NCBI GenBank assembly: GCA_030614005.1
Contig: JAUWKS010000019.1
Location: forward strand, 25,090 to 57,089
Source: Candidatus Heimdallarchaeota archaeon
GTDB taxonomy: Archaea; Asgardarchaeota; Heimdallarchaeia; JABLTI01
DNA length: 32,000 bases
Reading direction: 5' to 3'
Shown: positions 8,429 through 16,535 of the stretch, piece after piece
Layout of the letters: each line of letters begins with the position of its first letter
Numbering within the stretch: position 1 is the stretch's first letter
The notes under the pieces: model-generated
Seen by the model: only the letters and a program-made list of their open reading frames with translations
Database searches by the model: none
Told to the model about the DNA's origin: nothing
Made by a program: the position numbers and the translations under genes

Positions 8429-9507
8429 TTACAGCTCCCAAATTTCTTCAATATGATTACAAACTTCTTTAACATCAGGAAGAGTCCAATCACCCATATG
8501 ACCAATTCTGAATGTTTTCTCTTTGAGCTGTTTCCCGTAGCCATTTGAAATCATAAAGTGTCGTTTAGCTAATTCTTTATTTAAATCACCTATACTGTTA
8601 CCAAGAGTATTCTTGATAGTAGACACTGTAAGAGATTCATAACCTTTTTCTGGAAACATTTCAAAGTGTTTATTTGCCCATCCTTGAGTCCACGTAGCCA
8701 TTTCAACGTGGCGGTCGTATCGACCTTTAGCAGTTTCTTCGAGCATTTTATCTAATTGATAAGAGAGAGCATACAAGAGAGTAACATTGGGTGTACTTGG
8801 TGTTTGTTGTTTCTTTTTATAGTAAGTATAAAGTCCAAGCAAATCGGTGTATCTACCTCTATTTGGTACTTCTTCACATCGTTTTAGTGCTTTTTCAGAA
8901 GCAAAACCAATTGCTAAACCAGGTGGAAGTGCATAGGCTTTTTGAGTAGATGCAAATATTAAATCACTGTGGATTTTTTCTGGTTCTACTAAATCTCCGC
9001 CCATTGCAGAAACTGAGTCAATTACATACACTACCTCAGGAAATTCTTTCTGAATCATTTCACCGATTTTATAGATCGGATTACGAACTCCGGTGCTTGT
9101 TTCATTGTGACAAACAAGAACAGTGTCATATTCTCCTGAAGATAATTGTTCACGTACCATTTCAGGTTTTATTGCTTTTCCCCATTCAACATCTATGGTA
9201 TCAACTTCTTTACCACAAGCAGAAATTGTTTCTGCAAATCGTTGTGAGAAAGCACCATTAACACCTGCTAAAGCTTTCTTCTTAACAAGACAGCGAGCAG
9301 TGATATCCATGAAAAGTGTTCCAGATGCTGTTGGAACAGTACCCATTGTTTGGTCTCATGGAATTTTTGTAACTTTTCAATAATACCTGTATAAAGTTCA
9401 GTGAATTCCTTAGGCCTGTGACCAATAAGTGGTTTCGCTTGTTGCATTAAAACATCAGGGAAAACTTCAGTTGGTCCTGGAATGAATAATCTTTTACGCA
9501 ATGTCAT
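8429..9507 (-). pseudogene. Class V PLP aminotransferase (serine-pyruvate/glyoxylate or archaeal phosphoserine aminotransferase type), split by one frameshift
   Basis: The N-terminus (LFIPGPTEV, IGHR) is in the 9507 frame; PTASGT, HNETSTG, DSVSAMG, STQKA (PLP Lys) and FRIGHMG are in the 8429..9346 frame. Adding one base between 9332 and 9355 gives about 359 aa. Either a real lesion or a sequencing error. Confidence 0.85.
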
Positions 9508-9523
9508 TTTTCCTCCAATTGAC

Positions 9524-9541
9524 GTCTACACTTTTGTAGAC
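9524..9541. promoter_or_regulatory. Perfect palindrome GTCTACA-N4-TGTAGAC upstream of the aminotransferase operon
   Basis: 7-bp arms at 9524-9530 and 9535-9541, 17 nt upstream of the ATG at 9507 and next to the GGAGG SD. Confidence 0.45.
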
Positions 9542-9698
9542 AAAGAAACTTTGTGCATATACATATATAATAAATTTTGTGCTGTTCGAGAAAAAAATTA
9601 ACTTGCTTAAAAACTATTGTTTTTCTCAAAGAAGTTATATATTTTAACGATTCTAGTAATAACCATAATAAAAAAACAATGAGAAATGGTGAAACAAA

Positions 9699-9950
9699 TT
9701 GGCAAGCGCATATGTATTAATTAACACTGAAATCGGAGGAGAAGAGAATGTTATTGCACAACTTAAATCAATGGAAGTTGTGGACGAAGTTTCAGTCGTA
9801 TATGGAGTCTATGATATTGTTGCCAAAATTTCTTCTGAGACGATGGAAAGTCTTAAGGAGATTATCTCTACAAAAGTAAGGCATCTAAACAAAGTGCGAT
9901 CGACGATGACGATGATTGCAGCTGAGTCAAGAATTCTTAAGAAGAAATAA
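9699..9950 (+). CDS. Stand-alone Lrp/AsnC ligand-binding (RAM) domain protein
   Basis: AYVLINTEIG, VYGVYDIVAK, VRSTMTMI; no HTH; TTG start after GGTGA. Confidence 0.9.
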   Translation: MASAYVLINTEIGGEENVIAQLKSMEVVDEVSVVYGVYDIVAKISSETMESLKEIISTKVRHLNKVRSTMTMIAAESRILKKK

Positions 9951-10098
9951 CTAACTTTCTTCAACCCCTTTTTCTTATTTTTTAAAAAAAATAATCAAAT
10001 GTAGGTGTTACTTGACGTCAGAGAAGAAATTAGAAAAAAGTATTGTAAAAAGAAAATAATCTAATTACATAATTAATAACCAGCGAAAGTTGAAAGAA

Positions 10099-10119
10099 AA
10101 AGGCTAAGATATAGCCTTT
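10099..10119 (-). terminator. Terminator-like hairpin after the second RAM gene
   Basis: AAAGGCTA/TAGCCTTT stem with 5-nt loop; a T-run follows on the minus strand. Confidence 0.5.
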
Positions 10120-10134
10120 ATTTTAAGTGTAGAT

Positions 10135-10368
10135 TTAATCAGCGCCAGCGATCATTGTCATTGTTGATCGGACTTTATTGAGGTGTCTAACTTTGGATGT
10201 AATCAATTCTTTGAGAATTTCCATAGTTTCAGCTTCTAGCTTAACTATTACATCATATACACCGTAAACAACACTTACTTCTACTACTTCTTTCATATCC
10301 TTAAGCTGCTTAACCACTTCTGCTTCTCCGCCAATTTCGGAGTTTATTAGTACGTATGCTTTAGCCAT
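10135..10368 (-). CDS. Stand-alone Lrp/AsnC ligand-binding (RAM) domain protein, paralog
   Basis: 54 of 74 residues identical to 9699..9950 by manual alignment; no HTH. Confidence 0.9.
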   Translation of the reverse strand: MAKAYVLINSEIGGEAEVVKQLKDMKEVVEVSVVYGVYDVIVKLEAETMEILKELITSKVRHLNKVRSTMTMIAGAD

Positions 10369-10511
10369 TTCTTTTTTTCTCCATACTCCTAGTAGTTTTA
10401 AGTATCGAACTATTAGTTAGCTCACATTTAGTGATAAAGATATATTAGGTTTTTCTTTCTGCATATTAGCTATTTTTTTGTTTTAAAAATGATTTTAATT
10501 TTCAAAACTCT

Positions 10512-11498
10512 TTATTTCTCATAGATTTGAGGATTAACGCAGTTTGCTGGTTGCTTGTTATTCAAACCTGCAAGTAAATTTTCACCAACCATCATACCCA
10601 TTTTAGTTCTGGTATCTATTGTTCCAGTTCCAATATGTGCGGTTATAATTACATTATCTATTTCTTTTAGTCCAGGACTTAGCTTTGGTTCAAATTCATA
10701 AACATCGAGCGCAGCGCCAGCGATTCGTTCCTCTTGAAGAGCTTTAACGAGTGCACTTTCATCTATTACAGACCCTCGAGATGTATTGATGAGGATAGCA
10801 GATGGTTTCATAAGAGCCAATTCTTTCTCACCAATCATATGTTTGGTTTTTTCCGTTAATGGAACATGTAAAGTGATATAATCGGATTCCTTCAGAATTT
10901 CTTCTACTGAAGCAAATTCAAGACCGAGTTCTTTTTCAAGATCGGGCAGTTGCTTTGTATTATTGTAAAGCACTTTCATATTGAATCCCTTAGCAGCTCT
11001 TCTAGCAACAGCTGAACCAATCCGTCCACAACCAATTACACCCAATGTTTTTCCATGAATATCATTTCCGAGATGAAGCATAGGTCCCCATCCTTTGAAT
11101 TTTCCATCTCGAGTAAATTTATCACTTTCAACAATTCTTCTCCCAATTGAAAGGAGTAATGCAAAGGTTAGATCTGCAGTTGTTTCAGTTAATACTCCGG
11201 GAGTATTTGTTACAGGTATTTTTCTTTTCGTTGCTTCTTGTGAATTTATATTATTATAACCAACAGCATAATTGGCAATTATTTTTAGCTTTGGGCCAGC
11301 CGCGTCCATAATTTCTCCATCAATTGTGTCTGTTAGTAAGCAAATTAGCCCGTCCTTTCCTTTTACCCTCTCTTTAATTTCTGAATGAGTTAGCACTCTA
11401 TCTTCTTCATTTATTTCCAGATCAATTTCGTTCTTTAACATATAATCAATTGCTGGTTGAGGTATTTTTCTTGTAAGTAAAACTTTGAATTTTGTCAA
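10512..11498 (-). CDS. gyaR: Glyoxylate reductase / D-glycerate dehydrogenase (D-2-hydroxyacid dehydrogenase)
   Basis: NYAVGYNNI, TNTPGVLTETTADL, GVIGCGRIG, INTSRG, ALDVYEFEP, HIGTGT; TTG start after GGAG. Confidence 0.8.
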   Translation of the reverse strand: MTKFKVLLTRKIPQPAIDYMLKNEIDLEINEEDRVLTHSEIKERVKGKDGLICLLTDTIDGEIMDAAGPKLKIIANYAVGYNNINSQEATKRKIPVTNTPGVLTETTADLTFALLLSIGRRIVESDKFTRDGKFKGWGPMLHLGNDIHGKTLGVIGCGRIGSAVARRAAKGFNMKVLYNNTKQLPDLEKELGLEFASVEEILKESDYITLHVPLTEKTKHMIGEKELALMKPSAILINTSRGSVIDESALVKALQEERIAGAALDVYEFEPKLSPGLKEIDNVIITAHIGTGTIDTRTKMGMMVGENLLAGLNNKQPANCVNPQIYEK

Positions 11499-11739
11499 TT
11501 GTTAAAACTCCGATGAATATGATATTTTATTTGAATTAAAATGCTTTTGTTGATTAAAGACTAAATGATAGAACGAATCTAACTAAAATTTTTTCTCTTT
11601 ATGAACGATTGGCAGACTTTCTGATTTTCAAAAAATTTTTCAGTTACAGTTCTGGTACACAAGAATTAATAATCAATAATTGAATGTAAAAAAGAGATAT
11701 TTTGGTGAATACTCAATAATTGATGAGAGAAGTGTTTAC

Positions 11740-12987
11740 ATGAGAGAAAAAAAAACGGAATATTCGGATCTTGACCCTATAGTTCTCGATGCAGGTTCAA
11801 GCATCATCAAGGCTGGCTTTGCTGGTGACGCTTACCCCATTGTTCTTTTTCCTGCCCAAGGGGATTTCAATCCATGTGTGCTTGATTTATTTGGTGAACC
11901 ATATTTATACCATGAAAATATCAATAAAATTTTCCCAAAAACGCCACCTTCTTCTCTCGAGTCTTTAGATAAACTCAGTTCAGAAGATGCATTAGCGAAA
12001 CGTTTGAATTATATATTCAAAGAAGGGCTAGGGATAGATATTCGATATTATCCACTCCTATTCATTGAACCTCCCAGAAATCCCCCTGCTGAACGTAAAA
12101 AAATTGCTGATTTTCTATTCAAGAAATTACACTGTACTAAAATCGCTTTTATAGATTCTGCTAAAGCTTCACATTATACATTTGGAAGACATATGTCTCT
12201 AATAGTGGAAATAAATACTAATAAAATAATTATAACTCCAATTAAAGGAATTTATGTAATTATGGAAGGTTGTATGGAAATGAATGGTGGAGGTCATGCA
12301 ATGACCAATTATATAGAAAATCAGATAAAAAAACAAAATCCTAAAATCGAGTCTGATGTTCATAATCTTGCTCGAAAAATTAAAGAAACTCATGGGATTG
12401 TTTATTGTCCGAGCCTTACTGAACCAAAGGTGCCTGAAAAAGCTAAAGAACTATTTCAGAAACGTTTTGGAACATCTGTAAGTTTTCCCATTTCCGATAC
12501 TGAAGGAGAGTCTATCAAAATTGATGACATAAGTCCGTTGCGTTGGAAAGCAGCTGATGCTTTATTTCATAAGGGAGATCAAGGTATTTATCCAATGTCT
12601 ATTAGTGAGTTTATAATGGAGAGCATTAACAAATGTCCAAGTGATAAACACCATGATTTACTCTGTAACGTTGTGTTAGCTGGTGGAGGTACGGATATTG
12701 TTGGTTTGGCTGTTCGTTTGACTGAAGAACTTAAGATACTAACAAAGAATGACCAAAACCTACAGATCCACGTAATACAAACCAATGAAATTAAGATTTG
12801 TGCTTGGGTAGGAGGTTCAATTGAAGGTTCACTTAAGCTTTTCCAAAAATGCTGGTTAACTGAAAAAGAATATAATGATGGAAAATATCATGAAAAATAT
12901 GCTGTTTACCATTGTTATGGTAACTTTACTTATGAAAATGCCTTATTGAGTTACACCAAATACAGAAAAGAAGATGATTCAATCTAA
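11740..12987 (+). CDS. Divergent actin-family protein (Asgard actin-related protein)
   Basis: IVLDAGSSIIKAGFAGD (phosphate-1), LLFIEPPRNP..ERKK, NVVLAGG, AWVGGSI..SL..F...W....EY. ATG at 11740 preferred over TTG at 11680. Confidence 0.92.
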   Translation: MREKKTEYSDLDPIVLDAGSSIIKAGFAGDAYPIVLFPAQGDFNPCVLDLFGEPYLYHENINKIFPKTPPSSLESLDKLSSEDALAKRLNYIFKEGLGIDIRYYPLLFIEPPRNPPAERKKIADFLFKKLHCTKIAFIDSAKASHYTFGRHMSLIVEINTNKIIITPIKGIYVIMEGCMEMNGGGHAMTNYIENQIKKQNPKIESDVHNLARKIKETHGIVYCPSLTEPKVPEKAKELFQKRFGTSVSFPISDTEGESIKIDDISPLRWKAADALFHKGDQGIYPMSISEFIMESINKCPSDKHHDLLCNVVLAGGGTDIVGLAVRLTEELKILTKNDQNLQIHVIQTNEIKICAWVGGSIEGSLKLFQKCWLTEKEYNDGKYHEKYAVYHCYGNFTYENALLSYTKYRKEDDSI

Positions 12988-13135
12988 GTTATTCAACTTG
13001 AACATTAAAAAGGTAATACCTTCACTCTAGCAAAAAAACTACAATTGTCGCTTCCATAAAACATATATGAAGCATTTTCCCTCTCAATAATAGGAATTAA
13101 TCTTTGAGAAAAAATAAACTTAAAGAGGATTCGTT

Positions 13136-14251
13136 ATGGGGTTAAAGGCTAAAATACTAGTTATCGATGATAACGAATTAATTCGTACCCTATTACAGGA
13201 ACTTTTAACTCGAAATGGGTACGAAACATTTGTTGCTGTTGATGGTAAATCTGCTATCGAATTGTTAGAAAATGTTAAACCACATTTAGCGCTTGTAGAT
13301 TTAATGCTACCTGATATTTCCGGTATTGAAGTCATTAAACAAATACGAAGCATCTCCCCTTCAACAGAATCAATCATAATCACAGGGCACTCTTCTTATG
13401 ATTCAGCAAAAAAAGTTCTTTCTTCATATGTTGCTTGTGGTCTTCTCGAAAAACCGATAGATGTCAATAAATTATTGACCACTATTCAGAAAGTACTTGA
13501 AAGGCATGAAAGCCTAATCCAAATTGAGGAAGATCTCGATGAAGTTACTCGTATAAATTATCAACTCGACTTTTTCAATACCATTCTTTTCCGCGATTTC
13601 AAGATTTTAACAGAAGCACTTGCAGAATCAATGGTGCTTCTAGAAGATGATATTTTAACTGAAAAACAGAAAAGAAGTCTAGCAATAATCAATACCATTT
13701 ATTATAATAATACAAGACTGATTCACAGCTACAAAAAGATGAAGAAAATTCATACAATAAAAACTGAAGATTTCAGTTGTTTAGATATTGTTGTTATACT
13801 TAAGCAAGTTATTATTGCCTTAAATGATGTTGAGATTGATTGCAAAGTAGATCAACTAACTGAATACTCAGACAATGAAATTTTCGTTTTAGGAATAGAG
13901 GAAGAACTCAATGAATTATTTTATGAGCTATTTTTCTCAATGATTATGCCTGGAATTTTGAATCAAATAGTCATTGATTTGGATCTTAAGAAAACGAACT
14001 CATTAACTGATGAAGAAAAACGAAATATTCCTACGGTAGAATTGAAACTAACAGTTGAATCAGACAATAAACCAAAGATGACTAGCGAACCTTTAACAGA
14101 ATTCGAATCACAGAAATATGGTCTTGGTTTTTATATCGTAAAAAATATTGTCGATCTCTTTAACGGAAAAATATTCTTGGAAGATTCGAAAGAAAATGGA
14201 AAGCTAATTACCACAATAGTAATATTTCTTCCTGCTTGTAACAAAGAGTAA
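13136..14251 (+). CDS. Response regulator receiver fused to a degenerate histidine kinase-like domain
   Basis: Intact REC residues (D11, D12, D55, T83, K106). The C-terminal part retains GLGFYIVKNIV.LFNGKI (G2 box), but the H, N and G1 boxes are degenerate. Confidence 0.85.
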   Translation: MGLKAKILVIDDNELIRTLLQELLTRNGYETFVAVDGKSAIELLENVKPHLALVDLMLPDISGIEVIKQIRSISPSTESIIITGHSSYDSAKKVLSSYVACGLLEKPIDVNKLLTTIQKVLERHESLIQIEEDLDEVTRINYQLDFFNTILFRDFKILTEALAESMVLLEDDILTEKQKRSLAIINTIYYNNTRLIHSYKKMKKIHTIKTEDFSCLDIVVILKQVIIALNDVEIDCKVDQLTEYSDNEIFVLGIEEELNELFYELFFSMIMPGILNQIVIDLDLKKTNSLTDEEKRNIPTVELKLTVESDNKPKMTSEPLTEFESQKYGLGFYIVKNIVDLFNGKIFLEDSKENGKLITTIVIFLPACNKE

Positions 14252-14258
14252 CATAACC

Positions 14259-14271
14259 AAAAGATTATTAC
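14259..14271 (+). promoter_or_regulatory. BRE/TATA-like promoter element AAAAGATTATTAC upstream of GT4
   Basis: Identical 13-mer at 15557-15569; ends 25 nt before the ATG at 14296. Confidence 0.5.
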
Positions 14272-14295
14272 TGTGAAACCTCAAACGCTTAATGA

Positions 14296-15537
14296 ATGGA
14301 GGCAATAATAATTATAGCATTTTTTATCGAGCGATTTACTAAAAATGATATTGGCGGAGTAAAATCATATCTCCGAAGAATCGCAAAATACCTTATTGCC
14401 AATGATCGGAAGGTAGTAATTTTAACGCAATTAACTAAAAATGATCAAGAAGAAGAAACGGTAATTGAGGGCATCCCCGTAATACGGTTAGATTGCGGTG
14501 ATTTAGTAGATCGTATTGAAAGTTTCTCTACCATACCAACAGAAGAACGAATTCAATTAGCAAAGGATTTGTTTAACGACAATGACCTTGAAACTACAGG
14601 TTTGAAACTTGCAGGTGAATTAGCAGAGTTCATAAACAAAAATAAACCTCAAGTTATTCACTTTCATAACTCATATTTTATTACTCCATATGCACTCTAT
14701 TTTCTAAAACAAAGATTGAACACATACACAACACCTTCGTACTATTTTTGGACGCACAGTCCTCCAATGGATATTATTTTGCCAGATGGAAAGAAAGACA
14801 GCATCTATAGCGCATTGAGTTCATTCCAAAATTTGTTCAAAGGAATCTTTTCAGTAAGTCATTCTGTGAGAGATTATCTACTTAAAGCAGGAATTAATTC
14901 AAAAGTAAAATATCTTGGAGTAGATACAGAAGTATTTGCAAAGAGTGAAGAGAAAAGAAAACAAATACGAGAGAAATTCAATATTTCTGAAAATGCTTTC
15001 GTAGTCCTTTATACTGGAAGAATCATCAAGGAAAAAGGATTAGATCTATTTCCAACAATATGCAAGGAACTTTTGAAAAAAGGTGATTCATATGCTAAGA
15101 TTCAGTTTCTAATAGCAGGTGAAGGTCGCTATAAAGAAAAGTTAATTGAGAAATTAAAGCAAGAAAAGATCGACCATTGTTTTCATTTTACTGTAGCAGA
15201 AGCTGAAGAAGATTTGGCTGCGCTATATTCAAGTGCAGATTGTTTTCTATTACCTACAAGAAGAGAAGCATTAGGTCTTTCATTGTTAGAAGCAATGAGT
15301 TGTTCATTACCATGTCTGGTAACTGATTTATCCGGAGTAAAAGAAATAATTACTCATGGAAAAAATGGCATTATCTTTCCAAAAGATGATATAGCAGAAA
15401 TAGTTAGATGGATTTCAGCTCTCTTTTCTAATAAAAATATGAAAGAGAATCTTGCTCAACAGACTCGAGTTACCATCACAGAGAAGTTTAGTGCTGAAAA
15501 TCATTATCGTAATTTTATGCGGCGATTGCTATTCTAA
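14296..15537 (+). CDS. Glycosyltransferase family 4 (GT-B fold)
   Basis: IGGVKSY, IHFHN, LYTGRIIKEKG, EALGLSLLEAMSC (EX7E), GVKEII.HG.NG. Confidence 0.92.
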   Translation: MEAIIIIAFFIERFTKNDIGGVKSYLRRIAKYLIANDRKVVILTQLTKNDQEEETVIEGIPVIRLDCGDLVDRIESFSTIPTEERIQLAKDLFNDNDLETTGLKLAGELAEFINKNKPQVIHFHNSYFITPYALYFLKQRLNTYTTPSYYFWTHSPPMDIILPDGKKDSIYSALSSFQNLFKGIFSVSHSVRDYLLKAGINSKVKYLGVDTEVFAKSEEKRKQIREKFNISENAFVVLYTGRIIKEKGLDLFPTICKELLKKGDSYAKIQFLIAGEGRYKEKLIEKLKQEKIDHCFHFTVAEAEEDLAALYSSADCFLLPTRREALGLSLLEAMSCSLPCLVTDLSGVKEIITHGKNGIIFPKDDIAEIVRWISALFSNKNMKENLAQQTRVTITEKFSAENHYRNFMRRLLF

Positions 15538-15556
15538 TTTTTTTACCAAATTCATG

Positions 15557-15569
15557 AAAAGATTATTAC
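15557..15569 (+). promoter_or_regulatory. BRE/TATA-like promoter element AAAAGATTATTAC upstream of GNAT
   Basis: Identical to 14259-14271; ends 34 nt before the GTG at 15603. Confidence 0.5.
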
Positions 15570-15602
15570 CACATTTTGATTTTTGCTAGCTAAAGCTGTA
15601 GA

Positions 15603-16520
15603 GTGATACCTGTGAGTGAACGATTAGATTTTGTTTATGGTGAACGAGACGATTACAAAGATATTTTTCGAATTGCCGAAACTACCGATTGGGGTGAAAC
15701 ATCAAATGATATCCAAAGATATCTTAGAAATCCTCATCACAAATATATCTTATTGGTCAATCCAGAAGGTGTAGTTAATGCTATTACACTTACTGTTGCA
15801 TATGATGAGATAGGATTCATTGGACATGTAATTGTTGAACCAGAAATGCAAGGAATGGGAATTGGTCAAGAAATTATGATTGAGGCAACAAATTATTTGC
15901 TACATTGTGGTTGCAAAACAATAAAATTAGATGCGGTGCAAAAAGCTCAAACATTATATGAGCGAATCGGTTACTTGTTTGAATTAAACTCCTTAAGGTT
16001 TTATTTAGATGTGTCAACAGAAGAAAGAATAGCACAATTTAAAGAAAAGAGAAGGAAGTTTACTAAAAAATTTCCATTGAATAATGTGAAAGAAGATGAT
16101 TTAGCAGAAATTCTCAACGCAGATGAAGAGATGTTCGGGTGCAATAGGGATGGCTTGCTAAAAATATTATTCGAAGATTTTTCTGAATATGCATTTATTT
16201 CTAAAGATACTGATGATTTTTTAGCGGGGTATTCTTTCGGTGTTGTTGAAAACAAAATACTCAGAATAAGAGCTGGATTGAGCGACTCTCTCGAGACAAC
16301 AATTAGTTTGATTGATGCTGCAATAATCACTGCATTGGAAGCAGAAGATATTGAAGGTGTATCTATTGGTATGATTGAAAATACTAAGTGGGGTATCAAG
16401 GCAATGGACGCTTTAGGGTTTGCAAAAACAGGTTATTCTCTAAGAATGTATACAGGAGTGAAAAATGAAGCAACAATTAATCCATCATTTTTTGCTATTG
16501 GCCATCCAGCAAAAGGTTAG
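15603..16520 (+). CDS. GNAT N-acetyltransferase with a second (YitH-like) GNAT domain
   Basis: GFIGHVIVEPEMQGMGIG (acetyl-CoA motif), KLDAV....LYERIGY; second domain contains D..MFG.NR..LL and ends RMY.G...G. Confidence 0.85.
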   Translation: MIPVSERLDFVYGERDDYKDIFRIAETTDWGETSNDIQRYLRNPHHKYILLVNPEGVVNAITLTVAYDEIGFIGHVIVEPEMQGMGIGQEIMIEATNYLLHCGCKTIKLDAVQKAQTLYERIGYLFELNSLRFYLDVSTEERIAQFKEKRRKFTKKFPLNNVKEDDLAEILNADEEMFGCNRDGLLKILFEDFSEYAFISKDTDDFLAGYSFGVVENKILRIRAGLSDSLETTISLIDAAIITALEAEDIEGVSIGMIENTKWGIKAMDALGFAKTGYSLRMYTGVKNEATINPSFFAIGHPAKG

Positions 16521-16535
16521 AAATAACCTTTGTTT

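Noticed and set aside
9340-9375. Programmed -1 frameshift at A-AAA-TTC (CAA AAA TTC)
   Set aside because: Not a valid slippery heptamer, and a TGA in the -1 frame (9358-9356) lies just downstream of it.
7636-9383. + strand ORFs 7636..7839, 8167..8472, 8950..9261 and 9123..9383
   Set aside because: Antisense shadows of serA and the aminotransferase.
10013-10020. TGACGTCA (eukaryotic CRE-like site)
   Set aside because: A single 8-bp palindrome with no evidence of a bZIP factor; only its shared 8-mer with 9519 is noted.
11740-12987. Calling this gene Lokiactin, crenactin or MreB
   Set aside because: Phosphate-2 and catalytic residues are degenerate, unlike conserved filament-forming actins; the eukaryote-type C-terminal AWVGGSI...W...EY excludes MreB.
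12199-13383. Minus-strand ORFs 12199..12393, 12588..12785 and 13120..13383
   Set aside because: Antisense shadows of the actin and receiver genes.
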